This document shows positions 34,791 to 46,954 of a DNA stretch of 64,000 bases, in pieces (position 1 is the first letter of the stretch; every line of letters begins with the position of its first letter). Where the stretch lies: the NCBI GenBank assembly GCA_032718475.1, contig JAUCBJ010007166.1:62001-126000 (forward strand), given 5' to 3'. The position numbers were made by a program, and so were the translations under genes. The notes under the pieces were generated by a model. That model was not told the origin of the DNA. It made no database searches and saw only the letters and a list, made by a program, of their open reading frames with translations. This DNA comes from Nemertoderma westbladi (taxonomy: Eukaryota > Animalia > Xenacoelomorpha).

Positions 34791-37137
34791 AAAATTTGAA
34801 ATAAATTTAATGCCTGTACTACTCCCCTTAATGACGTTTAATTTCAATCAAAGCTGTTAAGTCCCTTTATAAATATATCATTACGCTCAGTCAATTTAAT
34901 GTAGATTGTTGTGCCTCCGCGCTCAAGCTTACCGTAGTGTCTAAGGAAGACTATTGGTTTCTGATAACCTTAAATTTTAAGTTGGGATAGGTCATTCTTT
35001 ATTTTTGACACACAAAACAGACAGACAAACAGATAGACAAACATTAAGACAGTTTCTGTAAGTGGTGCAACCTTTTATAAATTCGTTTTCTGGATTCAGC
35101 ATTAAGATTTGATCTTAAAATCAAAAAGAAAAAAATTATTATTTTATACTATTTTTTCATACATTTGAATTTTCTGCAAATGAGATTATTATAAATTGGC
35201 CCCTTATTCTATATGACGGGTCACATGTTCCTTAAGAACTTCAAAATTGATAATTGGGTTAAGTGTATTAATTATTATGATGGATAAGGTTCATAGAAAT
35301 GTAAGAAGATATCTTTCTGGAATTTATATACTGTTGTTGTCAAGGTAACTGGGTGCAGAGATCAAATTCTAAACGCCTGTAATTCAAGACGACAGAAGTT
35401 TCTAATCTAAAATTATTGTACTTCATAAGTAAATAAAGTAAATAAATGACAATCAAACTATTTGATACTTAAATTTGTTTACAATCCCGTTTTAAATCCC
35501 GTAAAACGATAATTTTCCATTATGACCTCCTGCTGGAAATTTGGCTACTATGTCATATTTATAACATTTACAACTGACACGCCTGGGTCATCATGTCCTT
35601 TGTTTCTAATAATTGTTAACCGAAATTTAATATTCTGTAAAGTAAAAATCATGCTATTACAAAACTGTCTCTGATTGGACAGTTTTTTTTATTGGCACAT
35701 AATGACCTTTATAAATATATTTCACAAATTACGATATTTAATTAAAATAGATCATTGGCAAATTTAACATATTATTCAAAGTGACAAAACCGAATAGAAA
35801 TTGTTTTATAGAATTAGTAAATAATTATTCGAATATTTCATTATTTATACCTATTACCATGGCAACGAGAATTTCAGCCAATTCAAGTGTTAAATATTTG
35901 ATATAATTTTATTTCCTTTACTCACCTAAAAGAATACAAGAATACCAAATCTCAAGAACAAAATACCTCATCGTTGTAAAATTTGCACTCGGTAACCTTG
36001 GCAACAAGATAAAAATTCCAGAAAGTCATTTTATTACATTTCTTGTCATATCCACCTAACCAAACTAGCAATTAAGAAGTTTATAAGGAAATATTATGAA
36101 ACAAGTGTCTTAAATAGGAAAAAGATCGGCCCACGCTAATTTCAGCGCTCCGTTCGCATCCACGGCCTGTTATTTAGTTTTTTTTTCAGAACATAATATT
36201 AGAAAATATCGGCCTCCACATTTACTTCCAAGCTCCGACCTAAGTGTTTGTTACTTGTATCCATGGTAGCTAGTGGATGGAAACTATTTATGCTTATATT
36301 ATATTTTATACTCTAATTGATTGGTAGTTACTAAGGTACGAAATGCGGCATGCGAAACGATTACCGAGAGCGAACTCAATATATTTTATATAGCCCATCA
36401 TTGCATTGTTATAATAAGCAATTTGTAATGGGGAAGTAACGCTTCGACTGGTATCTTTATTGGATTTTCGTTGGGCACGCACAGCTTTGCAAAGTCGGCA
36501 ATAACGTCCATTTTTTTTTAAATCCTTTTTAATTTCTGTTGTGTGTATAAACAGAGTTAGTACTTTAAAATGGACTGACATAAACTCTCTTGAAAACACT
36601 TAGCATAATTCATGTTGTTTATGTTAATAATAGGTTACGTTGCTGTATGTAAATTTGATATTGAATATTTTTTACATCACATTGCATCAGCATGTATAAA
36701 AATATATACCATAAAAATTTTAAAGTCTTATTTTGCACAAAAGTAGGACCTCCTATAGAGGTATATTATTTTTACATTGATTCATTCCTATTTTATATTT
36801 TTAAATAATTGGAAAAATATATATCCGTCATGTGAAATGACCAGATTGTTATATTGTCATACGTATTAGATATCAAATATATACTTTATCAGAGTTTGAT
36901 TTTGTGACTGTAGCTTTCAGATGCGTAATAATGGCAATGAATGATGGAATCTCAACATATTAATTGTTCATTTACTTATGAATTTAAACGAATTGGAAAT
37001 AACATATTACTATTATGTAGGTTATTTGATACAAATATCGATGCTGTAGATGAATATTTATTTGTATACAGTTATTTATTTCATGAATTCCGCATTATTG
37101 CAATCGAACCATAATGCCAATTATCTCAAGTCATTAG

Positions 37138-40100
37138 GTCCCTCCCCCCTGTTCCCTGTCCCCTGTTCCCTGTTCCCTGTTCCCTGCTCCCCGTTCCCTG
37201 TTCCCTGTTCCCTGTTCCCTGTTCCCTGTCCCCTGTTCCCTGTTCCCTGTTCCCTGTCCCCTGTCCCCTGTTCCCTGTTCCCTGTTCCCTGTTCCCTGTC
37301 CCCTGTCCCCTGTTTCCTGTCCCCTGTTCCCTGTTTCCTGTCCCCTGTCCCCTGTTCCCTGTTCCCTGTCCCCTGTCCCCTGTCCCCTGTCCCCTGTTCC
37401 CTGTCCCCTGTTCCCTGTTCCCTGTTCCCTGTCCCCTGTTCCCTGTTCCCTGTTCCCTGTTTCCTGTTCCCTGTTCCCTGTTCCCTGTCCCCTGCCCCCT
37501 GTCCCCTGTCCCCCGTTCCCTGTTCCCTGTTCCCTGTTCCCTGTTCCCTGTTCCCTGTTCCCTGTTCCCTGTTCCCTGTTCCCTGTTCCCTGTTCCCTGT
37601 TCCCTGTTCCCTGTTCGCTGTTCCCTATTCCCTGTTCCCTGTCCCCTGCCCCCTGTCCCCTGTCCCCTGTTCCCTGACCCCTGTTCCCTGTTCCCTGTCC
37701 CCTGTTCCCTGTTCCCTGTCCCTGTTCCCTGTTCCCTGTTCCCTGTTCCCTGTTCCCTGTTCCCTGTTCCCTGTCCCTGTTCCCTGTTCCCTGTTCCCTG
37801 TTCCCTGTTCCCTGTTCCCTGCCCCCTGTTCCCTGTTCCCTGTCCCCTGTTCCCTGTTCCCGGTCCCCTGTCCCCTGTTCCCGGTCCCCTGTTCCCTGAC
37901 CCCTGTTCCCTGTTCCCTGTCCCCTGTTCCCTGTTCCCTGTCCCCTGCCCCCTGTTCCCTGTTCCCTGTTCCCTGTTCCCTGTCCCCTGTTCTCTGTCCC
38001 CGGTCCCCTGTTCCCTGCCCCCTGTCCCCTGTTCCCTGTCCCCTGTTCACTGCCCCCTGTTCCCTGTTACCTGTTCCCTGTCCCCTGTTCCCTGTTCCCG
38101 GTCCCCTGTTCCCTCCCCCCTGTTCCCTGTTCCCTGTCCCCTGTTCCCTGTTCCCTGTTCCCTGCCCCCTGTTCCCTGTTCCCTGTTCCCTGTTCCCTGT
38201 TCCCTGTTCCCTGTTCCCTGTTCCCTGTCCCCTGCCCCCTGTCCCCTGTTCCCTGTTCCCTGTTCCCTGTTCCCTGTCCCTGTTCCCTGTTCCCTGTTCC
38301 CTGTTCCCTGTTCCCTGTTCCCTGCCCCCTGTTCCCTGTTCCCTGTCCCCTGTTCCCTGTTCCCGGTCCCCTGTCCCCTGTTCCCGGTCCCCTGTTCCCT
38401 GACCCCTGTTCCCTGTTCCCTGTCCCCTGTTCCCTGTTCCCTGTCCCCTGCCCCCTGTTCCCTGTTCCCTGTTCCCTGTTCCCTGTCCCCTGTTCTCTGC
38501 CCCCTGTCCCCTGTCCCCTGTTCCCTGTCCCCTGTTCCCTGTCCCCTGTTCCATGTTCCCTGTCCCCTGTCCCGTGTCCCCTGTCCCCTGTTCCCTGTCC
38601 CCTGTTCCCTGTTCCCTGTCCCTGTTCCCTGTTCCCTGTTCCCTGTTCCCTGTTCCCTGTTCCCTGTTCCCTGTTCCCTGTTCCCTGTTCCCTGTTCCCT
38701 GTCCCCTGTTCCCTGTTCCCTGTTCCCTGCCCCCTGTTCCCTGTTCCCTGTTCCCTGTTCCCTGTTCCCTGTTCCCTGTTCCCTGTTCCCTGTCCCCTGC
38801 CCCCTGTCCCCTGTTCCCTGTTCCCTGTTCCCTGTTCCCTGTCCCTGTTCCCTGTTCCCTGTTCCCTGTTCCCTGTTCCCTGTTCCCTGTTCCCTGCCCC
38901 CTGTTCCCTGTTCCCTGTCCCCTGTTCCCTGTTCCCGGTCCCCTGTCCCCTGTTCCCGGTCCCCTGTTCCCTGACCCCTGTTCCCTGTTCCCTGTCCCCT
39001 GTTCCCTGTTCCCTGTCCCCTGCCCCCTGTTCCCTGTTCCCTGTTCCCTGTTCCCTGTCCCCTGTTCTCTGTCCCCGGTCCCCTGTTCCCTGTCCCCTGT
39101 TCCCTGTCCCCTGTTCACTGCCCCCTGTTCCCTGTTACCTGTTCCCTGTCCCCTGTTCCCTGTTCCCGGTCCCCTGTTCCCTCCCCCCTGTTCCCTGTCC
39201 CCTGTTCCCTGTTCCCTGTTCCCTGTTCCCTGTTCCCTGTTCCCTGTTCCATGTTCCCTGTTCCCTGTTCCCTGTTCCCTGTTCCCTGTTCCCTGTCCCC
39301 TGTCCCCTGTCCCCTGTTCCCTGTTCCCTGTTCCCTGTCCCTGTTCCCTGCCCCATGTTCCCTGTTCCCTGTTCCCTGTTCCCTGTTCCCTGTTCCCTGT
39401 TCCCTGTTCCCTGTCCCCTGTTCCCTATTCCCTGTCCCTGTTCCCTGTTCCCTGTTCCCTGTTCCCTGTTCCCTGTTCCCTGTTCCCTGTCCCCTGTCCC
39501 CTGTCCCCTGCCCCCTGCCCCCTGTTCCCTGTTCCCTGTTCCCTGTTCCCTGTCCCTGTTCCCTGTTCCCTGTTCCCTGTTCCCTGTTCCCTGTTCCCTG
39601 TTCCCTGTCCCCTGCCCCCTGTCCCCTGTTCCCTGTTCCCTGTTCCCTGTCCCTGTTCCCTGTTCCCTGCCCCCTGTTTCCTGTTCCCTGTTCCCTGTTC
39701 CCTGTTCCCTGTTCCCTGTTCCCTGTTCCCTGTTCCCTGTTCCCTGTTCCCTGTTCCCTGTTCCCTGTTCCCTGTCCCTGTTCCTGTTCCCTGTTCCCTG
39801 TTCCCTGTTCCCTGTCCCCTGCCCCCTGTCCCATGTTCCCTGTCCCCTGTTCCCTGTCCCCTGTTCCCTGACCCTGTTCCCTGTTCCCTGTCCCTGTTCC
39901 CTGTTCCCTGCCCCCTGCCCCCTGTTCCCTGTTCCCTGTTCCCTGTCCCTGTCCCATGTCCCCTGTTCCCTGTCCCCTGTTCCCTGTTCCCTGTTCCCTG
40001 TTCCCTGTTCCCTGTCCCCTGTCCCCTGTTCCCTGTCCCCTGTTCCCTGTTCCCTGTTCCCTGTCCCTGTTCCCTGTTCCCTGTTCCCTGTTCCCTGTTC

Positions 40101-41206
40101 CCTGTTCCCTGTTCCCTGTCCCCTGCCCCCTGTCCCCTGTCCCCTGTTCCCTGTCCCCTGTTCCCTGTCCCCTGTTCCATGTTCCCTGTCCCGTGTCCCC
40201 TGTCCCCTGTTCCCTGTCCCCTGTTCCCTGTTCCCTGTCCCTGTTCCCTGTTCCCTGTTCCCTGTTCCCTGTTCCCTGTTCCCTGTTCCCTGTTCCCTGT
40301 TCCCTGTTCCCTGTTCCCTGTTCCCTGTTCCCTGTCCCCTGTTCCCTGTTCCCTGTTCCCTGCCCCCTGTTCCCTGTTCCCTGTTCCCTGTTCCCTGTTC
40401 CCTGTTCCCTGTTCCCTGTTCCCTGTCCCCTGCCCCCTGTCCCCTGTTCCCTGTTCCCTGTTCCCTGTTCCCTGTCCCTGTTCCCTGTTCCCTGTTCCCT
40501 GTTCCCTGTTCCCTGTTCCCTGCCCCCTGTTCCCTGTTCCCTGTCCCCTGTTCCCTGTTCCCGGTCCCCTGTCCCCTGTTCCCGGTCCCCTGTTCCCTGA
40601 CCCCTGTTCCCTGTTCCCTGTCCCCTGTTCCCTGTTCCCTGTCCCCTGCCCCCTGTTCCCTGTTCCCTGTTCCCTGTTCCCTGTCCCCTGTTCTCTGTCC
40701 CCGGTCCCCTGTTCCCTGCCCCCTGTCCCCTGTTCCCTGTCCCCTGTTCACTGCCCCCTGTTCCCTGTTACCTGTTCCCTGTCCCCTGTTCCCTGTTCCC
40801 GGTCCCCTGTTCCCTCCCCCCTGTTCCCTGTCCCCTGTTCCCTGTTCCCTGTTCCCTGTTCCCTGTTCCCTGTTCCATGTTCCCTGTTCCCTGTTCCCTG
40901 TTCCCTGTTCCCTGTTCCCTGTTCCCTGTCCCCTGTCCCCTGCCCCCTGTCCCCTGTCCCCTGTCCCCTGTTCCCTGTCCCCTGTCCCCTGTCCCCTGTC
41001 CCCTGTCCCCTGTCCCCTGTCCCCTGTCCCCTGTCCCCTGCCCCCTGCCCCCTGCCCCCTGTTCCCTGTCCCCTGTTCCCTGTCCCCTGTCCCCTGTCCC
41101 CTGTCCCCTGTCCCCTGTCCCCTGTCCCCTGTCCCCTGTCCCCTGTCCCCTGTCCCCTGTCCCCTGTCCCCTGTTCCCTGTCCCATGTTCCCTGTTCCCT
41201 GTCCCT

Positions 41207-41207
<1 letters not shown>
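37138..41207. repeat. Heptamer satellite (TGTTCCC/TGTCCCC/TGCCCCC)n, left arm
   Basis: Continuous 7-bp tandem array with variant units. Confidence 0.98.
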
Positions 41208-41245
<38 letters not shown>

Positions 41246-41615
41246 TTTAAACATATGTTTATTTGAAGTATTAATATTGCACTTTACAATATATATATAT
41301 GAAGGTGAGTAAAGGGTAGGATTGGCAAACAAGCTAGAGCTTATATTAATGCCGCTCCTACCCGTACGCACAACATACATACCACTCACACATTATTCCA
41401 CGCGCTCGGTGCATCATTTCTATAAGAAGAAGTTACGTTGATAAATTTAATTTAATTTTGTTAATTTGATAAAATCATATATAAGTTTATGGGAATTTCT
41501 TACTTGGCAATAGACTATAGTCAAATTATATGTTTATTTACAATAGGAAACAAAAACAAAATATAATATATTTATATTTATTTCTAATAATTTTAGGAAA
41601 TTATTAATTAAATTA

Positions 41616-44600
41616 TTAATACCCCAGTTCTGTGAAGCGCTGGGTTGATGTAATGTAGATTTCTAGTGCCTCTGAAATAGCTCTGAGTATGTCCAGGTCC
41701 TGTCCTTGCGGTCCATAAAGTAAGTTGTGTAGAGTATAGTTGATGTTAAGGCTGGAAAGTACGGTAGTCAGTGCTATCCTGTGGGAGTCGTGCAGAGTGC
41801 ATTCCATTAAGTAGTGGTAGGTGTCCTCACGTTGGTGTCCACAAGCGCAACTGGAGTCTGTGGCTATGTGGTTACGGTACATGTCATATTTTAGTACGCT
41901 GCAGTTGCGACGTAGTCGCCCAACTAGCCCATTGATAGCAACAGATCCTAACATGAAATATGGGTTTAATTTATTAACTTTATATCTGCCCTCCGTCAGT
42001 AAGATTTTCTTAAATATTTTTAGCGTTTCTGACTCAGTTACCTCATATGGAAGATCATTCCATAGAGAAACAGTTGAGCTTACAAACGAATTCTTTAGAC
42101 ATTCTGTGCGTGTTATCGGTAGTCTGTATTTATTCGTAGGTCTCAAATTATAAGGGTTGGCTTGATCAATACGCGGTGGAATGATTTCAGTTAGGTGATG
42201 TGGTAGGTGTCCTTTAGATCCCTTGTAAAAAATACTCAGTTTAATTAAGTCGCGGCGGTCCTGTAGTGTTTGTAAGCCCGATTCAGCGTACAGGTCCTCA
42301 GTGCGGCACGATATTGTAAGTTTACATATAATTCTAATGGCCTCTTTATTTATTAGTTCAAGTCTTTCTTTTAGATATTGTGTACAACCATCCCATACGG
42401 GACAAGCATATTCGAGAATAGGCCGCACAAAGGAGGTGTATAGCACTGAAAGAGCCCTTTTGCTAAGCTTGTATTTAGCAGCTCGCAGAAGGTTTAGTCT
42501 AGTCTTTGCTTTGTCAATAATGTTATTAATGTGGGAGTTCCACTTTAGGTTATTTTGAAGTGTCACACCAAGGTGCTTGTGGTGTTCGACTTCAGCGATG
42601 GGAGTATCATGTAGAAGTAGCTGTGTGTATCCTGTACGTGGTTCTTGTCGGTGCGTAATTGTCATAGCTTCAGTTTTTAGTGGGTTGTAATCTACTGACC
42701 ACATATCCCCCCATTCGCCAATTCGTAGTAAGTCATCATTAAGTAGCCGGCAAGCTACTTGTGGGTCAGTAACCTCAATGTACAACGAGGTATCGTCGGC
42801 AAAAAGTCTAGTTGGGTTAACCGTGATATCAATAAGGTCGTTTATAAATATTAAGAAGAGTAGGGGACCAAGAACTGATCCTTGGGGGACCCCTGCAGTG
42901 ATCGGTAGCCAAGGCGACATGTGGCCTTTGATCATAACGCATTGGCTATTGCCACTGAGGTATGATAAAAGCCACTCAAGTAAAGGGCCGCCAATTCCCA
43001 TTCTACGGGCCTTAGTTATAAGGCCTGCATGGCTAATTTTGTCGAAGGCCTTAGTAATGTCAAGGAAAGCAATCTTGACTTCCTTTCCATTATCTAAGGC
43101 TGTAGATAATTCGTCAAAAAGTGTTATGAGTTGGTAAGTAGCAGAATCACCAGGTAAAAAGCCTGACTGATTTTTATTTATTTTTTTAATTACGTGGTGC
43201 AGTATATATTTACTGACAATCCTTTCGAATAATTTTCCTAAAGCGCTTGTTAGAGAAATAGGCCTATAATTACAGCAGTATATGTTGGGGCCCTTTTTAT
43301 AAACAGGTGTGACACATCTTTTTTTCCAATTTGTGGGATGGTGTTTTGATTTCAGGACGAGATTAAATAAATTTTTTAACTTTTCGATTATGACTGGACC
43401 TCCCATTTTGAGCATCCTGTTGGAGATTACATCAACTGGACAACTTGCCTTAGCGGGGTTAATTGTTTTTAAGGCTTCCTTTACATCGTTAGATGTGATA
43501 GTAATTTCATTTAATATTTCAGAGACGTCATCTAAATTCTGGGCATCATGATTTTGGCCGACATTGCTATTAGTTGGGGCGGTTGCCTGATCAGCAAAAT
43601 AGATATTAAAGAGTTCTGCCTTGTCTGCTGATGAACTGGCATGGATATTTTTATAATTTACTGGGGGTATTTCGTTAATTTTATTAGTTTGTAAAATTTT
43701 TTTGGTGAGTGACCACCATTGTTTTGTACTATGTTGGGTTGATTCCACTTTTTCTGATAGAGAATTAAAGTATTCCCTTTTTGCTTGTCTACAGGAGGAT
43801 ATATAAGAGTTCCTACTCATTCGGAAGTTGGCCCAGGCTACTTCGGAATTTGACCTCTTGGCGATATTATGATATTTTTGTTTTTCTTTTAGTAGTCGTC
43901 TGGTGTCACTATCAAACCAGGGCTTGTCATTGGGGCGAATGGTGACCACCCTGTTCGGTATGTGCTTTGAAGCAATTTTCATAAAATTTTTTGTCCAAGT
44001 ATCAATAATTCCGTCAATGTCGTCTGGTCTAATGTCGTTAACTTCTTCCGGTATCTTAGCTAGATCAGTCTGAGTAAGCTCCCGTCGGAAGGATGTATTA
44101 TTAGCGTGGCTGAAATCCCACACCCGTCGTTTATATGCTGGATCCTGGGTCATTGTCAGCTTATATTTAAAATGAACTACCATATGGTCGCTGCTTCCAT
44201 AAGGCGCCTCATGAAAGACATCATAGACTGAGCCGGGAGTAGTTGTCATCACTGGGCTTAATAGAGTTTTAGTTGTCCTTGTCACCCGAGTTGGTTCGGT
44301 TATGTATTGCGTGAGTCCTTGTCTCTGTATCAAAAATCGTAGGTTTATTGACGATTGGTGTATAAGGTAATCTTCGTTTAAGTCGCCGAGTAGTAAAATG
44401 TGTTGGTATTCAAGTGCCCGGGCCTCATTCAACATTGCATTAAAACTCTCCCAGTAAAACGTTACATTTTCAGGCCTGTAGCCTACTCCTATTAAAAATT
44501 TTTTGTTGTTAGCCAGACATTCAACCCATAGTACCTCCAACCGGGGGTCAATGTTTTCTAGTGTAATTTTGCGTTCGCATTTTATAAAATTGGAAATATA

Positions 44601-45071
44601 TAGGCATACACCGCCTCCATGTCTGTTTCTATCATTACGAAGAGGATTTTGAAAACCAACTATTTTCAAATTGTCATCATTTATACTGGTTTCAAGCCAA
44701 GTCTCATTTATAGCCAGTATATCAACCTCGCTAGAGAGATTTGGCTTTATAAACTCTTTATTTAAAATTAAGCTTCTAATATTTGTCTGAGCAACTCTAA
44801 TTGGACGAATAAATTCATTTGGGCCTGGGTTAGGTTGGATATCCCCAGCAATAATTAACAACAGCCGTAATGCCATATGTGGTATTGTATTTTCATTTAT
44901 AAATATAAATATAAAAATAGCAAAATTATTATGTTGGCAATTTTGTTTGTATTTTTTGTGCATAAAGATCATGGAATTCTTCCAATAGAAATAAAGATTC
45001 TTAACCATACATACATAATCATCTACACACACACACACACGCACCCATAATACATACTGGGCCCAGAACAT
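41616..45071 (-). CDS. LINE ORF2: APE endonuclease, reverse transcriptase and C-terminal Cys/His motif
   Basis: NIRSL, INETWL, GGGVCLYI, LLGDLN, SDH; NYRPISLTS, QSGFLPG, FLDITKAFD, GVPQGSVLGPLLFLIFINDL, LFADD; CACGHQREDTYHYLMEC. The true start codon is uncertain (candidate Met at 44876). Confidence 0.95.
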   Translation of the reverse strand: MFWAQYVLWVRVCVCVDDYVCMVKNLYFYWKNSMIFMHKKYKQNCQHNNFAIFIFIFINENTIPHMALRLLLIIAGDIQPNPGPNEFIRPIRVAQTNIRSLILNKEFIKPNLSSEVDILAINETWLETSINDDNLKIVGFQNPLRNDRNRHGGGVCLYISNFIKCERKITLENIDPRLEVLWVECLANNKKFLIGVGYRPENVTFYWESFNAMLNEARALEYQHILLLGDLNEDYLIHQSSINLRFLIQRQGLTQYITEPTRVTRTTKTLLSPVMTTTPGSVYDVFHEAPYGSSDHMVVHFKYKLTMTQDPAYKRRVWDFSHANNTSFRRELTQTDLAKIPEEVNDIRPDDIDGIIDTWTKNFMKIASKHIPNRVVTIRPNDKPWFDSDTRRLLKEKQKYHNIAKRSNSEVAWANFRMSRNSYISSCRQAKREYFNSLSEKVESTQHSTKQWWSLTKKILQTNKINEIPPVNYKNIHASSSADKAELFNIYFADQATAPTNSNVGQNHDAQNLDDVSEILNEITITSNDVKEALKTINPAKASCPVDVISNRMLKMGGPVIIEKLKNLFNLVLKSKHHPTNWKKRCVTPVYKKGPNIYCCNYRPISLTSALGKLFERIVSKYILHHVIKKINKNQSGFLPGDSATYQLITLFDELSTALDNGKEVKIAFLDITKAFDKISHAGLITKARRMGIGGPLLEWLLSYLSGNSQCVMIKGHMSPWLPITAGVPQGSVLGPLLFLIFINDLIDITVNPTRLFADDTSLYIEVTDPQVACRLLNDDLLRIGEWGDMWSVDYNPLKTEAMTITHRQEPRTGYTQLLLHDTPIAEVEHHKHLGVTLQNNLKWNSHINNIIDKAKTRLNLLRAAKYKLSKRALSVLYTSFVRPILEYACPVWDGCTQYLKERLELINKEAIRIICKLTISCRTEDLYAESGLQTLQDRRDLIKLSIFYKGSKGHLPHHLTEIIPPRIDQANPYNLRPTNKYRLPITRTECLKNSFVSSTVSLWNDLPYEVTESETLKIFKKILLTEGRYKVNKLNPYFMLGSVAINGLVGRLRRNCSVLKYDMYRNHIATDSSCACGHQREDTYHYLMECTLHDSHRIALTTVLSSLNINYTLHNLLYGPQGQDLDILRAISEALEIYITSTQRFTELGY

Positions 45072-45420
45072 GAACCACCACCAGGATAGTGCCCTCCACC
45101 AGCCGTACCCGGTAAGCCTAATGTCAGTTCCTTACCTAGATTGAAAATAGGTGATATGAAATGAAGATGAGATCATGACTGAATATAAAGTATTATATTA
45201 TATTATTTTGGTTACTACATTAATTAGTACCGGTACCCTTTTATAAACAATATTTGTATTACATGTTACAAGTATTATGAGGATGAATTATGTCAATATG
45301 AATACAGTATATACCGATAAGACAAGTATTTGTGAATTACTTAGCTCCAAGCTGTAGTTCCCTCCAGGTTTAGTTTATTCGACTAATAAGTAACCATGAC
45401 CGTAAATTGTCTCAAGTGAC

Positions 45421-46824
45421 CTACCCAAATTCGATTAGCAGCTGCTCATTCGTCGGCTGAGTACATAAAGCGATTGGTTCCAGGTCTGGCTCTGGAGCTG
45501 TCTCACCCGCTTCCAGAGTAGCTCGGCCGCTCGAGTCCGTCCCAGGATGGCCGACCGGATCCGCCGCAACTCGGCCGCTCGAATCCGTCCCAGGATGGCC
45601 GACCGGATCCGCCACAACACGGCCGCTCGAATCCACCCCAGCTCGGCCGCTCGAATCCGCCCCAGCTCGGCCGCTCGAATCCGTCCCAGCTCGGCCGTTC
45701 GAATCCGTCCCAGGATGGCTGACCGAATTCGCCCCAGCTCGGCCGCTCGAATCCGTCCCAGGATGGCCGACCGGATCCGCCACAACACGGCCGCTCGAAT
45801 CCGCCCCAGCTCGGCCGCTCGAATCCGCCCCAGCTCGGCCGCTCGAATTCGCCCCAGCTCGGCCACTCGAATCCACAGCCGCTCGGCATGTCATCTCAAT
45901 AAATTTGTCAATGTCGTTCACGACTGACACAACAATTTTCTTACCATTGTTTCCGCAGATCCAAATCCGTCCGTCAATTGTCCAAGTAGACGACAGTTTA
46001 CGTGCCTTAACATAGTCCAAACAGGTACTACGCAGGTTTCGTCGATATTGTGTTAGACACTCTGACAGATAGACGTTGCCACGGAAGTGCTCGTAACTAG
46101 TTTGCCTAGCATTATCCGCACCATTGCGGGTTTTCTCTGCGGAGAGCTTCTTTTTACGAGTGATGAAATCGTAACGAGACAGATACGTTATAAACGAAAC
46201 GACTAGGGTTCCCGCGTTTGTCGAATGGACTCGGGATATATCATTAATGGTTTGCTCCTTACATTGCAGGTACTTCATAAGTTCCACTATGTACTTATAG
46301 TTGTTACCGCGTGAAGACAACTGCTGTTTCACTCCACGGCCACGAACTTCGATACAGTTCAATAATTGTTGCTGCTCGATACGGTCGTAATGGGATTGTA
46401 CGTTAAGAATCTCCGCTCTGTTTTCTAGGGCTGTATTGCATGGACGTACAGGAGCTGACTGCAGATATTCGGAAAGATTTAGTGTTACTTGTTCAGTTAC
46501 CTGACGAGCGATCTCACGTACGAGGTGAGAACTCGGACCCACCATTGTGTTACTTTGTTCGGTTTCATCATCATCTATTAGCACCTCTGGTACCGGTATG
46601 GGTTGCACATATTCTGTCACCAGTGCCGATGTAGGGCGATGGTCAGGCGTTGTACTAAGTACCGGTATATGTTGGGTGTCGGAGTCTGTATCGGATTGTG
46701 TTCCTGTGTTCGGTTTTTTAGAGACTTGTGTTGATTGGGGTGAAGGGGCACTCAGGTTAGACCGGTTCCGTTTTTTCCTTTGTTGAGTCGAGCTTCTTGT
46801 TCTTGTCATAATTAATGATATCAA
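45421..46824 (-). CDS. LINE ORF1 (nucleic-acid chaperone-like) with a C-terminal 8-aa repeat
   Basis: Lies upstream of ORF2. Basic N-terminus, coiled coil, and YLSECLT..RRNL...STWTIDGRIWI as seen in CR1/L2 ORF1 proteins. Confidence 0.8.
   Translation of the reverse strand: MISLIMTRTRSSTQQRKKRNRSNLSAPSPQSTQVSKKPNTGTQSDTDSDTQHIPVLSTTPDHRPTSALVTEYVQPIPVPEVLIDDDETEQSNTMVGPSSHLVREIARQVTEQVTLNLSEYLQSAPVRPCNTALENRAEILNVQSHYDRIEQQQLLNCIEVRGRGVKQQLSSRGNNYKYIVELMKYLQCKEQTINDISRVHSTNAGTLVVSFITYLSRYDFITRKKKLSAEKTRNGADNARQTSYEHFRGNVYLSECLTQYRRNLRSTCLDYVKARKLSSTWTIDGRIWICGNNGKKIVVSVVNDIDKFIEMTCRAAVDSSGRAGANSSGRAGADSSGRAGADSSGRVVADPVGHPGTDSSGRAGANSVSHPGTDSNGRAGTDSSGRAGADSSGRAGVDSSGRVVADPVGHPGTDSSGRVAADPVGHPGTDSSGRATLEAGETAPEPDLEPIALCTQPTNEQLLIEFG
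45515..45890. repeat. 24-bp GC-rich coding minisatellite in ORF1
   Basis: CAGCTCGGCCGCTCGAATCCGCCC and variants encode SSGRAGAD / PVGHPGTD. Confidence 0.9.
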
Positions 46825-46954
46825 GTGTAATTAATGGGCGGACGTAGAACGAGGTTAAACGTTAATGCAGTATTGAGTTTATAAGGCGCAAGGCATACCG
46901 GGTGGTACGGCAGGCAGACTTATTACCGGTAGCGGTACCAGATGCAGCAAGTGC

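Larger units (their letters stand above)
41208..46954 (-). mobile_element. Full-length, apparently intact CR1/L2-group LINE inserted in the satellite
   Basis: ORF1 and ORF2 are both open. A 37-nt poly(A) tail (T run 41208-41244) follows an AATAAA about 15 nt upstream. Satellite lies on both sides. Confidence 0.93.
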
